Shown: in pieces, positions 24,684 through 47,954 of the stretch
Numbering within the stretch: the stretch's first letter is position 1
Layout: every line of letters starts with the position of its first letter
Source: Paraspadella gotoi
Lineage: Eukaryota > Animalia > Chaetognatha
Assembly: GCA_051294375.1 (NCBI GenBank)
Contig: CM119267.1
Span: 14,959,391 to 15,023,390, forward strand
Direction: 5' to 3'
Length of the DNA stretch: 64,000 bases
The notes under the pieces: model-generated
The model's input: the letters and a program-made list of their open reading frames with translations, nothing else
Databases searched by the model: none
Told to the model about the DNA's origin: nothing
Position numbers and translations under genes: made by a program

Positions 24684-27600
24684 TGAGTAAACGGCTGATT
24701 AATGATTCGATTGGACCTAATTGATTGATTAATTATAATAATTAAAATCTCCTCTTCAAGACTGCCTTGGAAGACTTGGCATCAAAAGCCACAACTTGGT
24801 TTTCTCGTTCTCTGAGAAAACATAAACTTTTAACTTGCAGCGGATTTAACGTCGTGTAATTTTCAGGGTGGCGGTAAAAGCGGAAAACTTCCGAAAGGAA
24901 ATTATAATGACGCGGGCTCGAAGTTCGTAAAAAAATGTTAATGAATATATAACGTATAATTATTATTATCGTAACTTTTTCACAAAATAAACGAGGAAAG
25001 AAAATTAGAGGAGGAATTTGTGACGACTTGTAATTATTTTCTGCCTGCCACCGGAAAAAAAGAAATGCTTTAAAAAATTATTATTGTCAATAAATGTTTG
25101 AATAAATCATACTGTCAGACATTTCCCATCAGAAAAGACAACACGACGCCTTTTCTCTCTCGGGGTTATTCCGATGGAAAAAGAGAGAAATCGAAAGAGA
25201 CAGAAATATGTGTAAAAATGTTTTTTTTCTCTTTTTCAGTTTTTCGGAATGTCTTTTGCGTTTGGGTTACGCTTTCGTCAAAACAGAGTTTTTCGTTACG
25301 AAGAAATTTTTTTGGCCGCATTTAGTATCTAGTCGTCAAATCGAAAGTGTGTTTTTTAACGAACCTTCATCCGATTATGCAAAACGGTTTCACTCGCGTC
25401 CACCGTTAAACTTCGCGTTCGCTTTGGCTTCGTGCTTCGCATCCGCATCGGCGAATGGAAACGATTAATCGCGAACAAACAATCCATAAACAAACAAACA
25501 AAAACGTATTTAACTAATCCGTTATATAATGGTTCGAGTTGGTTTTTTTTCTCTATTCTCGAAAATTACATCTTTCGTCGCGTCGCGAAATTACGTAAAC
25601 GGAAACTATGCCGTCCCATAGAATTTCTAATTTTTTCTAAAGCTTAAAAAAAAACATTTCAACCTTGAAATCCGTAAAAAAAAAAATCACTTTTGCAGTT
25701 TTCACCAAAGTCCGAAGACTGGCGTCGATCGTTGTCCCATTGATCAAATTTACGAAGACTCAAAAACTGAAATCCGATCGCCGATGGTCAATTGGTCAAT
25801 TGGTCATCGCTGCGTCTCGTCTCTCTGACTCAGAATCTACGATGACGATTGACGAATCCGCTTCTCTAATTCTTTTTATTCTTTTCTCGGTCAGTCTTTG
25901 GGAGCTCGAATGAATCCAACAGAGACGACGACGACGATCCAAAAATTCGTTCTCCCGTCAATTGTTTCCGACGACGCGAAACTAATGTTCTCCCTGACGA
26001 TTTCGCTTCGCCGAAACGACTTACCTTTTTTTACGGCGCGCAGAGGCAGCGGGCAGCAGCGGCGGCTGCCTCGTCGGCCGCGTCGGCTGCGGCGACCTCA
26101 CCTTCTTTCTCCCGGGGATCGAGAACCGACTCGATCGTCTCTGTCTCTGACTTTTTTTTTTCTCTCTCTCTTTATTTTCTTCTCTTCTTATCTTTCGAAT
26201 TCGTTTCCACGCAATTTCTGCTAAGAGGTTGGAGTAATTTCTAAATCGATGTAAGTCGTTTGGTTTTTTTTCGTCGAATATTTTTGACTACGTCATGATT
26301 ACAGAGCTATGGAATGTTTTGTTCAAATGATAGTATGGAAATAAAGGATGTGACCCGCAATAATTATAAAAAAAAAAAAAAACTCATTGGAAAATCCTTG
26401 AACTCGCGATAAAGTTACATCTTAATACAAGAATTGAAAACAATTTAATAAACAACAAACCAAAAAAAATCTAGAGTACTGCAAAACAAGAGTGAAAGTT
26501 TTATTTTTTTTTATCTTCTCTTCCAAACTGGGATCTAATAAAAACGTGGGCGGACGAATTTTTGACGTCGGTTTCACGAGGTTAAGACAACCTCGTATAT
26601 TACGACCTTCACGAGGGATAAAATCCATACAACGAGATGCAGAGAAATTTTCATAACGAGCTTCGTCAAAGATTAAATCTTGGGAATTAGTAGTTAGAAG
26701 TCAGGATGACGGTTCGAAATTTAAAAAAAGTTCATTATCAATCCGTTAGAAGATTCAAATATGTTTAAATCCAACATTTTTTAACAAAGTGCATTTTTAA
26801 AAATTATTTTAAATTACGGAATTAAGAGTTTTACCTAAGTTTTCTCTGCCTCATATTTATGAACTTTAAATTTAAAAAAGCAAGAAAAAAGTTGTCAAGA
26901 TCTTCACACTTGATAAAATGTTTACGGTCTTCCCTAGGGATAAAAATATTTACAACCATCTTCCTACGAAAGAACTTTTGACGAAATCTCGAGAAAGTTT
27001 CGCGAGATAGTTTTCTTCCTCTATTCACACAAGAGTCGGAAAGATTTTCACTAATTTCAAATCAGTCCCAAATCAACATTAACGGAAAAGAGTCATCTTG
27101 GTTTTCGACTATTTCGCTTGCTAACGATATCTTCACTTGAAAGCGCAGCCTACCACCGACTTCACAAGGTCATCCTCGCTGCGACGACGAAGGGCGTTCA
27201 CTTGATTCTTTTTTTTTTTCATCCGGACCCCGGGTGCGACGTCACTGGGGTTTTCGATCGAAATCAAACTTCAAATTCGATCTCTGACGTCGCCTTCTCT
27301 TCGTCATCTCCAAAATGTAAACANNNNNNNNNNNNNNNNNNNNNNNNNNNNNNNNNNNNNNNNNNNNNNNNNNNNNNNNNNNNNNNNNNNNNNNNNNNNN
27401 NNNNNNNNNNNNNNNNNNNNNNNNNNNNNNNNNNNNNNNNNNNNNNNNNNNNNNNNNNNNNNNNNNNNNNNNNNNNNNNNNNNNNNNNNNNNNNNNNNNN
27501 NNNNNNNNNNNNNNNNNNNNNNNNNNNNNNNNNNNNNNNNNNNNNNNNNNNGACGACGAATTCAGCGACCGTTCCCCTTCCGAATCTCAAAACGAAGGGG

Positions 27601-28951
27601 TGTCAGCGGAGGCGGAGGGCGGAAATGCCCTCGATTCAATGCCTTCAATGCCCTTCGCCGCCCTCTCCTACGCCTCTAATGCCTTTAATGCCCTCACCGC
27701 CGCCGACGAAAAAAGAAAAAATAAAATTCGGATTTATCTTTTTCGATCTAAATTGAGAAAATATTTCTCGAGTCCGATTGACCGCGAAAAAGAAAGAAAA
27801 AAAAAAGAAGAAAATATCCGGATCTTGCGAAAGATTTCTTCATCTTTAGGATTTTCTCTTTTTCCAGATTTTCAAACATTTTTGCAATGATTTGATTCCG
27901 AAGACTCAAGAATGAACGTAACTTCTTTGGACAAATTTTGATATGTCCGTACAGATACGAAGATAATCCAAGCGTCCGTCTCTTATTATTTCCGTCCACG
28001 TCTTCGATCCTCCATCCATCCATCCATCCATCCATCCCTCAGGGATAGAGCTACCCCTTGTTTCGCATCGGAAGTTTCTTTTCTTTTTCGAACGGAAGTC
28101 GAAACTTCTTTCTTCCCTTCGATGATAATTGATTCGAAGACGAATAAGGGCCTGACTCTTAGATCAGAACCAAAAGGGATGACTCCGTCTCTCTCGCGTT
28201 ACCAAACAACGAACATGTGCTATTAAAAAAAAAACCACAGCATCGCCTACAACATCAACATCAGAATTCAGAAGGAACCTGCGTCGTCATCCTTATTTTT
28301 TCATAATTGGAATTTTATAGTCGAACCATTAGAATTAGGCTGTCGACGTTGACGTTTCTCCGAGTCACAACAAAATTTCGAGTTAATTCCCACTTCCGTC
28401 ATATTTCTCTCTCTCTCTCNNNNNNNNNNNNNNNNNNNNNNNNNTTTTTTTTTTTTTTGGGTGTTTGGGTTTTTTTTTTTTTTTGTGACGGGCTCACGAG
28501 CAAAATGAGGGTTCGCCTCCTAATTCCAATTTTGTTGAAAAATCAAGTTTCTTTTCGAACTTCGGGTTCACATAGTAGTTTTAGAGGTTTTTTTTTTTAG
28601 TTTAATGTTATTTTATGTTGTTTCTTTATTTGTTTTTGTTTTCTATGAAAGTAAAAAAAAATAATAGAAAGGAAAATTGCGTCGCCCATCGGTCGGAGGT
28701 CACGCCGATCTGAGGTCACGTGACAACGGATATAACAAAATTGAAAGTAACATCCAACAAATACAATAGAAAGGATGAACAAAACAAACAAACAAACAAC
28801 GAACGAACGAACGGCAAAGAATGCAAATTACAACAGAAACTGGCTTTTTCCTGATTTTAGGTCATTCGAGAGATAATTGCATACAAGAAAGAAGAAGCCC
28901 TTTACGATTTTGAATTATTTCCTGCCGTGCTGCAAGAGCAATTCAACGAGG

Positions 28952-29017
<66 letters not shown>

Positions 29018-31196
29018 CACTCTCTCTCTCTCTCCTCTCTCTCTCGCCTCTCTCTCTTCTCGGGCAAGAAAATTGAATTTGTGAAGTTTTCGGTCGTCCG
29101 AGGTCACGAAATCTTTTGACTCGAGCGTCGAACAGAATTTACCTTCGAAAAAACTGGGCGACACAAAAAGTCGAGAAAAAAAAAATCGAAACGAGCTGCG
29201 TTCCCGGGAGAAATTATAGGAAACAACCCGAAACTGTTGTGCTTGTGTCAGGTTTGGTGGAGAAATGTTAGAGGGAAAGAATTGAAAAAGGTTTTGTAAT
29301 CTTTATCCGTTGCTACATTGTGGTTTTTTACGCTTTCTAATAGCATTTACTTTTAGATAAAAATGTGTACCAAATAACTCAATTTAGTTAAATATCGAGA
29401 AGAAAAAGACGAAAGAAGGAAGAAGAAAAGAAAAGAAAGAAAAAAGAGAAAGAAAAGAAAGAAAGAAGAAGAAAGAAAGAAGAAAGAAAGAAAGAAAAAA
29501 AGAAGAAAAGACAGGACAGACAGACAAGACAGAGCAGACAGGCAGCAGGCAGGCCAGCAGGCAGGCAGGCAGGGAGGGGAGGCGGCAGGCCACGGCAGGA
29601 AGAGGAGGCGAAAGAACAAGAAAAAGAAAAGAAAGAGCGAGGATAACATACATAAACAACAAACAAAATTAAGACAAAAGGAACACGTAGTACTAGAAAA
29701 ACCGTATCCTAGTCTTTAAAAAACATTAAAGAGAAAGAGAAACGAAAAAAAAAAACAGTGAAGCAAAACGACGAAGAAAAGGAGTAACGATCAACGAGAG
29801 AAAATAAAAAGCAGGGAAAAAAAAGTGTTGAGAGATCGACAGTTCGAGGGCGTGATCGATTTGGAAAGGGATCAAACCGGCTAAACCCTAATCTCTTAAA
29901 ACCCGGGAATGGCCCTCTGCCACTCCAGCCCCCCTTACCCGCCCCCCCCCCCTTTCTCCCAACCCTCTGCCTCTTGACGGGCGTCGAATGGACGCCGCGT
30001 TGTAACAACTTTCTCGGCGCGACGATTAGGGATCAGAAGACTGATGTTTTTGAGAGAAAATGGTTAGAACTGTGCGCGACTTAGACCGTTCACTGGTGGA
30101 AAGAGATAAGAACTGTGCAAGAGACCCTCCATCTGCGGTTGAAAAGAACAGTGGCCTGATGGTAATTTCCTTATACGAAAAAAAAAACCTACGGCTAGAC
30201 ACTGGATTGCTTAAGTTATGATTTAAAATTTAGACTTGAATTTTTCAGATTATTATTGACACCCAAAAAAAAACTTCGATTCAAATCCTGGGAAAACCCT
30301 GAAAATTTCAAAATCACAATTTTCGTTTCAAGAATCCTCAGATTTAATTACGTTTTCTTTCTACTCTATACTTTTAAATTTCTTTCTTTTTCTTTCCCAT
30401 TCGCCAGAAACTTAAGTTTGAAACAACTACGAAAATAAACAATTCACTCGCGAAAAGTAAATAAACTAAAAAAACAAAACAAACAAACTAATAGTCTGTG
30501 AAGTTTTCCTTTCAATGTCGAACTTTCGCCAGCGGCTACGAAAATGACGTTAACGGTAGACGACAGGTAAGACTGATAGCATTACAATTACAATTTCCAA
30601 AAAAAATTTCAAAAATGAACTAGAAAAACTATAAATAGCGCTAGTGGAAGTAAGCTGAGAATACCCGCTTTAAGAGGACGTAAACAAAGAGGATGTAACG
30701 ATTCAGTTTCTAAATTTTGGGTCTTCGTGCTTCGAGTCGCCGACTTACGGATCTCTGGATGGAAGGGCAGAAAAAAAGTTGAAAACAGCGACAGTTTTTT
30801 AAAAAAAAATCACCGAGTAGTTTAAAATGGATTTACTGCTCACGAAAAGTTTAAATCAATACCGAACAAGGTCTTCGTTTAAGACTAACGAGCAAAGTGA
30901 TCCGGTAGGAAAAGGTTATTCGCAGTTTTTATGTTCTTAAAGGGGCGATAATTAAGAATTACTATCTCTGTCCCGAATTTCATTTGCGGACGTTGTACAC
31001 ATAGTTTCAAAAATAGCGGAAAGGAATTTTGAATGCCTGAATTTTTTTTGTCAAATCAGTAACTATACAAAGACAATTTTAATGACAATTTCGCATGTGA
31101 AAAATGTTTAAAGATGCCAAAAAAATGGGAAACTTAAAACCCTAAAAAGCCAAAAAAGAAAAACAATTAAAAATACGCAGAACAAACCGATCTCTC

Positions 31197-31235
<39 letters not shown>

Positions 31236-33915
31236 TCTTTTTTTAAAAGTATTTTTTTCAAGAGAAACACTACCAGAGGTTTTCACTGCAATTCGAGACG
31301 GAGATTGAATTTGGTTCTGATTAGCCTCTATTAGCGAGAAATAAGTTCAAAACCTTTCAAAAAACTTTGCATTTTTCGAAATGAAAAATAAAAAGAAAAA
31401 AAAAATTGAAAACAAGAAAAATGGTTTCTTTACGTCGCTGAATTCTCCGGTCAGTATTTTTTTTTTGCTGCTCAACCCGTTGTGAGTAAAAACTAAGGTT
31501 CACCGCCAACCGCGAACCGTCACCGATCGTCACGTGATTCGAGTCCGTTTTCGTTATGAAGGACGTTGACGAAAATGATGGTTTCGTCGCCTCGTGACGA
31601 AACCGCGCGGAGAAATCTTCCACGTCATCCTGCGCCTCAATGGCGTCAGACTTTTGGGTGGCGGATTTTGTTGAACGAACTTCGCTCGAGTCACGGTTCG
31701 TTTTTTTTTGGGGGGGGAGGTGGAGGAGAAAAGCCGATTTCAGCAGTTTCGTTTTGAAAATCATAATCTATTAGCTGGTCGTTATATATAAATTCTATGA
31801 ATATTACAAAATATATATATATATATATATAAATTCTATGAATATTACAAAATATTACAAAATATTCTTGCTCCTTGCTCTTTCCTTCCTTCCTTCCTTC
31901 CTTCCTTCCTTCCTTCCTTCCTTCCTTCCTACTCTCTTTCCCTTCTTCCTTCTCCTTCTCTTCTCGAGCCTTTATACACAGCGAACACTGATGATGTAAA
32001 ATATAAGAAATGCAAACAAAATTATAACTAAAAATTTACTTTATCGGGAAGGGATGACGTATAAATTAAATATGATTGGAAAGGAACTGATAATAATAAT
32101 TCGGCTTAAAAAGCTGTCATTTTAAATTCAAATAAGGGTTGAGAGGCATAAAATTGTTTATCGAAATACTCACAATCTTCCAACGTGAGCCGCGTGATTC
32201 CGTGAACCCGCTCACGATTTTTTTTAGTCGAGATGCTCAGTCACGAGCTTATTCTTCATCACGGAGAGAGAGAGTGATAGATCGATCGCGTTCGAATCCT
32301 CGATCCAGTTTTACGATCGACACAAAGACGATCCTTCAAGATTCCTAATCAATTGACACAGTCTCGTCTTCAGCTTCTTCTGTTTATTCTCGGTCGAACA
32401 GTGAAGAAAAACTTTTTCCAGAGACGAAGAAAGCAAAGAAAAAAAATAAATACTCCCTTTTTCCACTCTGTCTCTCTCACTCTCTCTCTCTCCATTTTCC
32501 GCTTTTTCAATTCCGACTCTCGAAAAAATCATTTTAGACTCTACACAAACTCTTTTCTTTTTTTTCTTCTTCTGCCGAGAGTCTCAGCGTTCGATTCGCG
32601 AGAAGAGAAATTTTTTAAAGTTTTTTTTTCGGAGATTTAAAATTATTTTGGGAGCGAAAAATCTCGAATAGCTTTTCGATAAAAATTTTAATAAAGCGTA
32701 CCACCTCCCGGACTAAAACGTTTTTTTTTTTTGAGGAAAAAGATTTAATCAAAATATTTTTTAGATCGGCTGATCGGATGGCGACAAAGAAACGTTGCGC
32801 AAATTCTATTAATAACAATCGCACGGAATATAATATCAATATATAAATTCCAATGTCATAAAAGCTATGGATTTAGTTCGTAACTAAAATGTTTCATTCA
32901 TCAAACAATTATTGTAAATAAACATCGTTAATGGCCGCACGCACAAGCCTTTGCCGAATTTACACTCGAAGCAGGTATATTCAGCTTTTGAATTACGTAT
33001 ATTGGATGTACCAATGCCTAAAATTAAACTTCGCGGTTGACTTTTAAAAAATATTTTTTGGGAAAGTACAAAAGTAAATCCCCCGCATGATCTATTGACA
33101 GTCTGCGTCATTCGAAAAAACCCGTTATTTCCGAATCTCGCAGATTGGCCCTGAAAATATTGACTGCGAATCTTTAAGTTCTTGACTCCATCTGCGTTGT
33201 AGTATTACTTCCGCCGCTAGGAGGTTTAAAAGAAAAATAAATATATATAGAATAAATATATATATATGCAGTATATACTGCACTTGAACCCAAATTCGAC
33301 GTTTTTAATCAATAATTAAACAGTGCATGCGATGACTCTACAAACTCAAAAATAAACAAAGTTATATATTTATCCTATGATTAAATTTAATTTCATTATG
33401 GTTTTATTTTCAATTCCACAAGTGACAAAAACAATTTTACTTGGGCCAGNNNNNNNNNNNNNNNNNNNNNNNNNNNNNNNNNNNNNNNNNNNNNNNNNNN
33501 NNNNNNNNNNNNNNNNNNNNNNNNNNNNNNNNNNNNNNNNNNNNNNNNNNNNNNNNNNNNNNNNNNNNNNNNNNNNNNNNNNNNNNNNNNNNNNNNNNNN
33601 NNNNNNNNNNNNNNNNNNNNNNNNNNNNNNNNNNNNNNNNNNNNNNNNNNNNNNNNNNNNNNNNNNNNNNNNNNNNNNNNNNNNNNNNNNNNNNNNNNNN
33701 NNNNNNNNNNNNNNNNNNNNNNNNNNNNNNNNNNNNNNNNNNNNNNNNNNNNNNNNNNNNNNNNNNNNNNTTTTTTTTCTTTTTCCCAACCCACCCACTC
33801 ACCCGGGGACTTTCCAACTTCTCTTTTTACACTTTCTCTTATCTTACCCATTTCTCTTCTTTCCTATCTTTTCCCCATTCTTTTTCCGCCGATCCCTTTT
33901 TTAAACGCTGCTCAA

Positions 33916-34063
33916 TGCCGCCCCTCGACGCTCCATCGCATTCAGACAACTCCGACGATGTATCGCCAGTGTGGCGAACCGGGCGGAGATCTACTTGGCG
34001 GCGCGGCGACGGTTCTCGCCTCGAGAAGATCTTCCACCAACTCTCTCTGCCGCTCTACAGGAG
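33916..34063 (+). CDS. Isolated putative coding exon, product unknown
   Basis: GC-rich block that is open in all three plus-strand frames over the part I translated and ends in a consensus donor GAG|GTGAGT. It lies between assembly gaps and shows no family motif. Confidence 0.3.
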
Positions 34064-36036
34064 GTGAGTACTTTTTAGAGGGTAAGGGAATGACGCTGGT
34101 TGTGAAAGGACGTTAAGGGATGATGCGACGACGATGTAACACAAACACGATTTGACACAAACTTAATCGAATACTATTGGGAAAACCATTTCTTACTAAA
34201 CGTATATTAAGTTATTATTGCATGCGTATTTCGCAGTTGTTGCTCGTTAATTTGACTATTATCTTCCATCTTTCATATCACAGACAAGTTCGTTTCATAT
34301 ACAAGCCTGAAAACGTTCGTTAAAACTTCATTGTTATAATAAATTATACAAAAACAATTCCGCCCCTCCTGCCTACTCGTCTGTTTATGTTTAGACATGA
34401 ATGTAGTTCGGCCATCGCTTCAGACGAAATGGTTTTTAAATTTCAACTGTCCGTCGAGACGGAAGATAAACTGTTAAAATTAGGACAGATGTTAACCTCG
34501 ATCGGCGGTNNNNNNNNNNNNNNNNNNNNNNNNNNNNNNNNNNNNNNNNNNNNNNNNNNNNNNNNNNNNNNNNNNNNNNNNNNNNNNNNNNNNNNNNNNN
34601 NNNNNNNNNNNNNNNNNNNNNNNNNNNNNNNNNNNNNNNNNNNNNNNNNNNNNNNNNNNNNNNNNNNNNNNNNNNNNNNNNNNNNNNNNNNNNNNNNNNT
34701 TTTTTTTTTTTACTCGTGGAACAAAAGAATTGGAAGATAGCAAGCCGTGGAAAGGCTCGCCGCTTTCGTTAATGGCCGAGTCCGAGTTCGCGGACAAAGT
34801 CGAGCGGCCGGTGATTGGACGCCCATAAAACTGCGGGCGAAATTAATATGATGACCACGATGGGCGCGAATGAATCAATTGGACCACCAAACTAACGGCG
34901 CATAATGTTTTAAACCTGCAGCGTCATCTTTGGCGCGCGGAATTAAAAGTTGCGGCAGGGATAACTTTGTTTGACTGAAAAAAGCAAACCAGTGCCGCTA
35001 AAAACAAAATGAGCAAAAAAAGGCAATGATAAAAGACAAAGTATTCGGGTCGTTTGGGAGTGAGCTTCATTCTAGGAACCAGGAATTATGGTATTTGGGT
35101 TACAGGGGGTTTGAAATAAAACGATGTAAAACTCGTTAAAAAAAAAGAAAAAAAGATCGATTGACGATCGCCGTGGATCTTGATGAGTCTGTCAATCAAC
35201 GGACTGCGTTGGATATCGATCCCCGATCTCTTCCGCTTCGCAATTAAGTTGAATTAACACAAAAACGATTTCGTATTCATCTTCATTCAGATTCACTTAT
35301 GCTTCAACGTCCGCCCCCTTTTTCGAATCCGAACAGAAAAAAAAGCTTATCCCATTCTCTTTCTAACATTCATTCGAAAGAAATGTTTAAAAAAAATAAA
35401 TAAAAGGGGGAAAAAGGAAAAGCGAAAAACATATTCGTTTTAATTCTTGGGCAAACAATTCCAACTTCGTCCCCGCGTGATACCCGAGTCTTTAACCTTC
35501 TCCGCCAGGGGCGTCGTTGGCGAAACGTTGCGGTTTGGTCGAGGGTTTCGAAACCCTGTTGGCGAAATATCTTTTAATGGAAAGATTATTTGGTTAGGAG
35601 GATTTTGAAAAAAAAGTTGTTTGTTTGTACGGTTGAATTTGAAGCATTTTTGGAGAGCTTCTTTCAGAGAATGGATCAGTCACAACTTGGAAGACACGAA
35701 ATGTTTCTTTTCTTTTTTTTACCATGTCGCCCTCGTTTCATTAGCATCTCTTTCGCAAGCGCCCTTTTATCTCGATTTGATTAGATTTTCGTTTTGGTGC
35801 CTTTCGCCAAATAAGCTTACGATAATCTAACATCACCGTTCACTCTCTAAAAAAATGAAGAAAAGCATTCCGATGAGTTCGATTTTTTTTCACTAATGCC
35901 ATTAATGCCACTAACGCCACTAATGGCATTAATTAGGGGGCGACCCGCCCGGCCCCGCCGGGTCACGTGACCGGCGCTCTCTCCGGTTCTATGCAAATGA
36001 GAAAGAATCGCTTTCAATTAGTCTCGGGTCCGTCGC

Positions 36037-36074
<38 letters not shown>

Positions 36075-36219
36075 AAGAAAGAAAAAAGAGAGAGAGAGAG
36101 AGAGCAAGAACGAACAAACAGAATCTCTCTGCTTCTGTCATTGTAGAAGGAAAATTGAAAAAAGCCGAGGAACGACTACCGAATGCCAAAAACCCTGTCT
36201 TCTCTCGATCGAACGGTTT

Positions 36220-36975
36220 ACTTAATTGGAATTCTCCTTTTTCATCTCAATCCTTTTGTCTGATTTTCTGTTCTGGCATTTTTCATACATAAATTCAAGA
36301 GAATCGCGAACTCCCTAGCGAAAGTATTTCAGTTTCCGTCTATCTATCCTTTAACAATTCAAGCCGTCAATACACTTAACACTTTATTCGCTTACAAGAT
36401 TATGTAATAAATTAAAATCGCTATTTCTGACCATTTCACAGCTATATACATTTTACATACACTTTTAAAAGTAAAAAAAGGAGCTTTTTTTTTTTTGAAG
36501 GGGTGGGATATGAAGTTAAAAGTCGTCCCTCCGTTCTGCTTATCTCTTTATTCTCTAACTCTTTTCTCTTTCCACCTCTCCTCTCCTATTTTAGTCTTTT
36601 GACTTAATAGGAATTCTCCTTTTTCATCTCAATCCTTTTGTCTGATTTTCTGTTCTGGCATTTTTCATACCTAAATTCAAGAGAATGGCAACTCCTAGCG
36701 AAGTATTTCAGTTTCCGTCTATCTATCCTTTAACAATTCAAAGCCGTCAATACACTTAACACTTTATTCGCTTACAAGATTATGTAATAAATTAAAATCG
36801 CTATTTTGACCATTTCTCAGCCTATATACATTTTAACATACACTTTTAAAAGTAAAAAAAGGAGCTTTTTTTTTGAAGGGGGGATATGAAGTTAAAAGTC
36901 GTCCCTCCGTTCTGCTTATCTCTTATTTCTCTAACTCTTTTCTCTTTCCACCTCTCCTCTCCTATTTTAGTCTTC
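36220..36975 (+). repeat. Direct tandem duplication of ~375 bp
   Basis: ggaattctccttttcatctcaatcc...ctctcctattttagtc occurs at ~36228-36597 and again at ~36610-36974. Confidence 0.9.
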
Positions 36976-37245
36976 CTCTATCTCTCCCCTTCTCGCCCCC
37001 CCTTTGCCCCCCTCCCTCTTTTCAATCGTCCGAATCCTCCGATTGCCCGACATCCGACTCAGTCGCCGACATGTCGTCGTTCTCTGTCTCCGTCTCTGTC
37101 GTTCCGCTCGTGATCTCCGTCTTCTCTCCTCGGCCCCTTCCTCTCCTCCTCCTCCTCCGCTTCACCACCTCCACNNNNNNNNNNNNNNNNNNNNNNNNNC
37201 CTCTATCTCTCCCCTTCTCGCCCCCCTTTGCCCCCCTCCCTCTTT

Positions 37246-45970
<8,725 letters not shown>

Positions 45971-46232
45971 GTGGAGTAATCAAAAATTATTAATAGTTTT
46001 TAAGAAAATTATAAATATTAAATCTGGACCTCTTTATAAGTATTATGAAACGACGAGAATAGATGTAAGTTTTTGATTTCGACGCCATTTTAAACAGTAA
46101 CAAATTGACACTCAAACACGCGGGTTGAAACCTATAATATGGTAGTTGCGACGTGCTATTTTTTTTTTTTTTTTTATTAATAAACACAATAATTTATTTC
46201 GTTGTTTCGCGCGCTCATGATTTGTTCAACAC

Positions 46233-47576
46233 TCAGTAGCATCCGTAGAAATATCTGCTGTTGTCTTCGACGTCGTAGGTCGAGAAGAATCGCTTCGAGA
46301 TGTCCATGTAGTGATCGAAGTCCAGAGATACTTTGCCGTGCTGAACGGGGATCGGTCCAAAAAATTTAGAATCTCTCTTTCACTAATCTCATTTTATAGT
46401 TTTCACTCACTCAGGTGATCTTGTCGAAAGCCGGTCCTGAAAGATTGTGGGAGACGTCAAAGCTTGTGGACAGCAACGAACTCTTCCCTGTCCACGATTC
46501 CGTCGTCTGCGGGAGAGAAACGTTTCGAAAAAGGTTTTTGGTTCCCTCACGAGTCTCGTTTTCGTTTTATGATATTTTCTTCTTTCCTTTTCCTTCTTTC
46601 CTTCCTCACCGTCTGATCGGTGTTCTCCAATTGAGCTGAAGAACTTCTTCAAATCTTCGTCCAAGTCGCCATCTTGGATTTTCTCCCGATGCTATCCCCC
46701 ACTCGGTGAACTCCGCTCGGAGAGAGATGGCGCCGTCGCCGTCCTGTCCGCGAGCGCATGAGGACGGCGAAAGGTCTCCTGCTGGCGGAGGTCGTGTCGT
46801 CGTAGAACTTGTCGCCTGTTGAAGAGGTGCGGTAAGAGGGGGGGGAAGGTGGGAAGGGTGGGATGTTGAGGAAGGAGATAGGAAAGATGGAAGGAAGGAA
46901 GAAAAATAGGAAGAGGAAAGGAAGGAAGGAACGTTTTTGGTGAACCTTAGAGGAAGAGAGACTCTTGCGAAACACTAGACCACCTTCAGGAAAATTTTCA
47001 ATCTCTGTCTCTTTCTCTAGTTCCGAGCGGAATCCCCTCTTTTGCGTCATCAACGGTTAAAGCCGCTTGACGATCGCGTCGACGAAGATTAGGAGAGGAC
47101 GACGACGACGAACGACGACGACGGCGACGGCGTGACGACGACGACAAAGCCCATTGCACGGATACCGAATACGGGGAGAGACTATTGCGACGATAATGAG
47201 CAACGACGAAAACGATTTTGGCGGAAGACGACGACGATGACGAAGACGACGACGACGACGGTGAAGATAATGACAATGATAATGATTAGAAAGATAATCT
47301 AGTATATTTTTTTCAGACAATGACCAAGAAGAAGGATGGATGATAGGTTTCCCAGAAAGAGGACCATGTTAACGACGACGGTCTACTAAATTTTGATGAT
47401 TATCATTCCAAAACGAGATTCTAGTATTAATGTATGTATTATGTATTAATAACGACGACGACGATGCATTTCCATGACAACGACGAACGACTCACCTGGC
47501 ATGACGGCGGCGGCGCTCGTAAGCTTCTTAACGACGGATTCGTACTCTTCGAGTGATGATCCGTCCGCGTTCACGT
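46233..47576 (-). CDS. EF-hand calcium-binding protein, SCP/calexcitin/aequorin-fold family, copy 1 (start exon not identified)
   Basis: Exons 47496-47576 (DVNADG..SLEEYESVVKKL), ~46610-46816 (DKDGDGAISLDEF..LKKFFKLNWRNTDQN, read from the cleaner second copy), ~46411-46507 (DDGIVDREEFVAVHK..AFDKIT) and 46233-46340 (HGKVSLDFDHYMDISKRFFSTYDVEDNSRYFYGCY*). Canonical GT-AG junctions. Confidence 0.85.
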
Positions 47577-47859
47577 CTGTTCGTTCGGAGGGAGGGGAGG
47601 AAGGAAACGAGCGTCAAAAATGGCCGACGAATTATCAGCCAATGTATTATATGTCTGACGCTCGAACGAATGATAAAAAGGACGAATAAACGAGCGCCCG
47701 TACGAAAAGGGTGCCGGAGCCCGCGGGGGGGGGGGAAGCGGCGGCGGAAAGCGCAGCCGCCGCCGCGGGATTACGATCTCCGCCGACGCGATAAGATTAG
47801 ATCCATTCGATGGGTTTTATGGCGTCTTTGATGGCGCCTCTGTCTCTTCCTCTTTCCGC

Positions 47860-47954
<95 letters not shown>

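Noticed and set aside
35500-35516. CTCF-like motif ccgccaggggcg
   Set aside because: Single short imperfect match with no supporting evidence.
46233-46340. Aequorin-type photoprotein call
   Set aside because: By-eye alignment shows no equivalent of the aequorin C-terminal His/Trp pair, and EF-II looks intact; kept only as a fold-level similarity.
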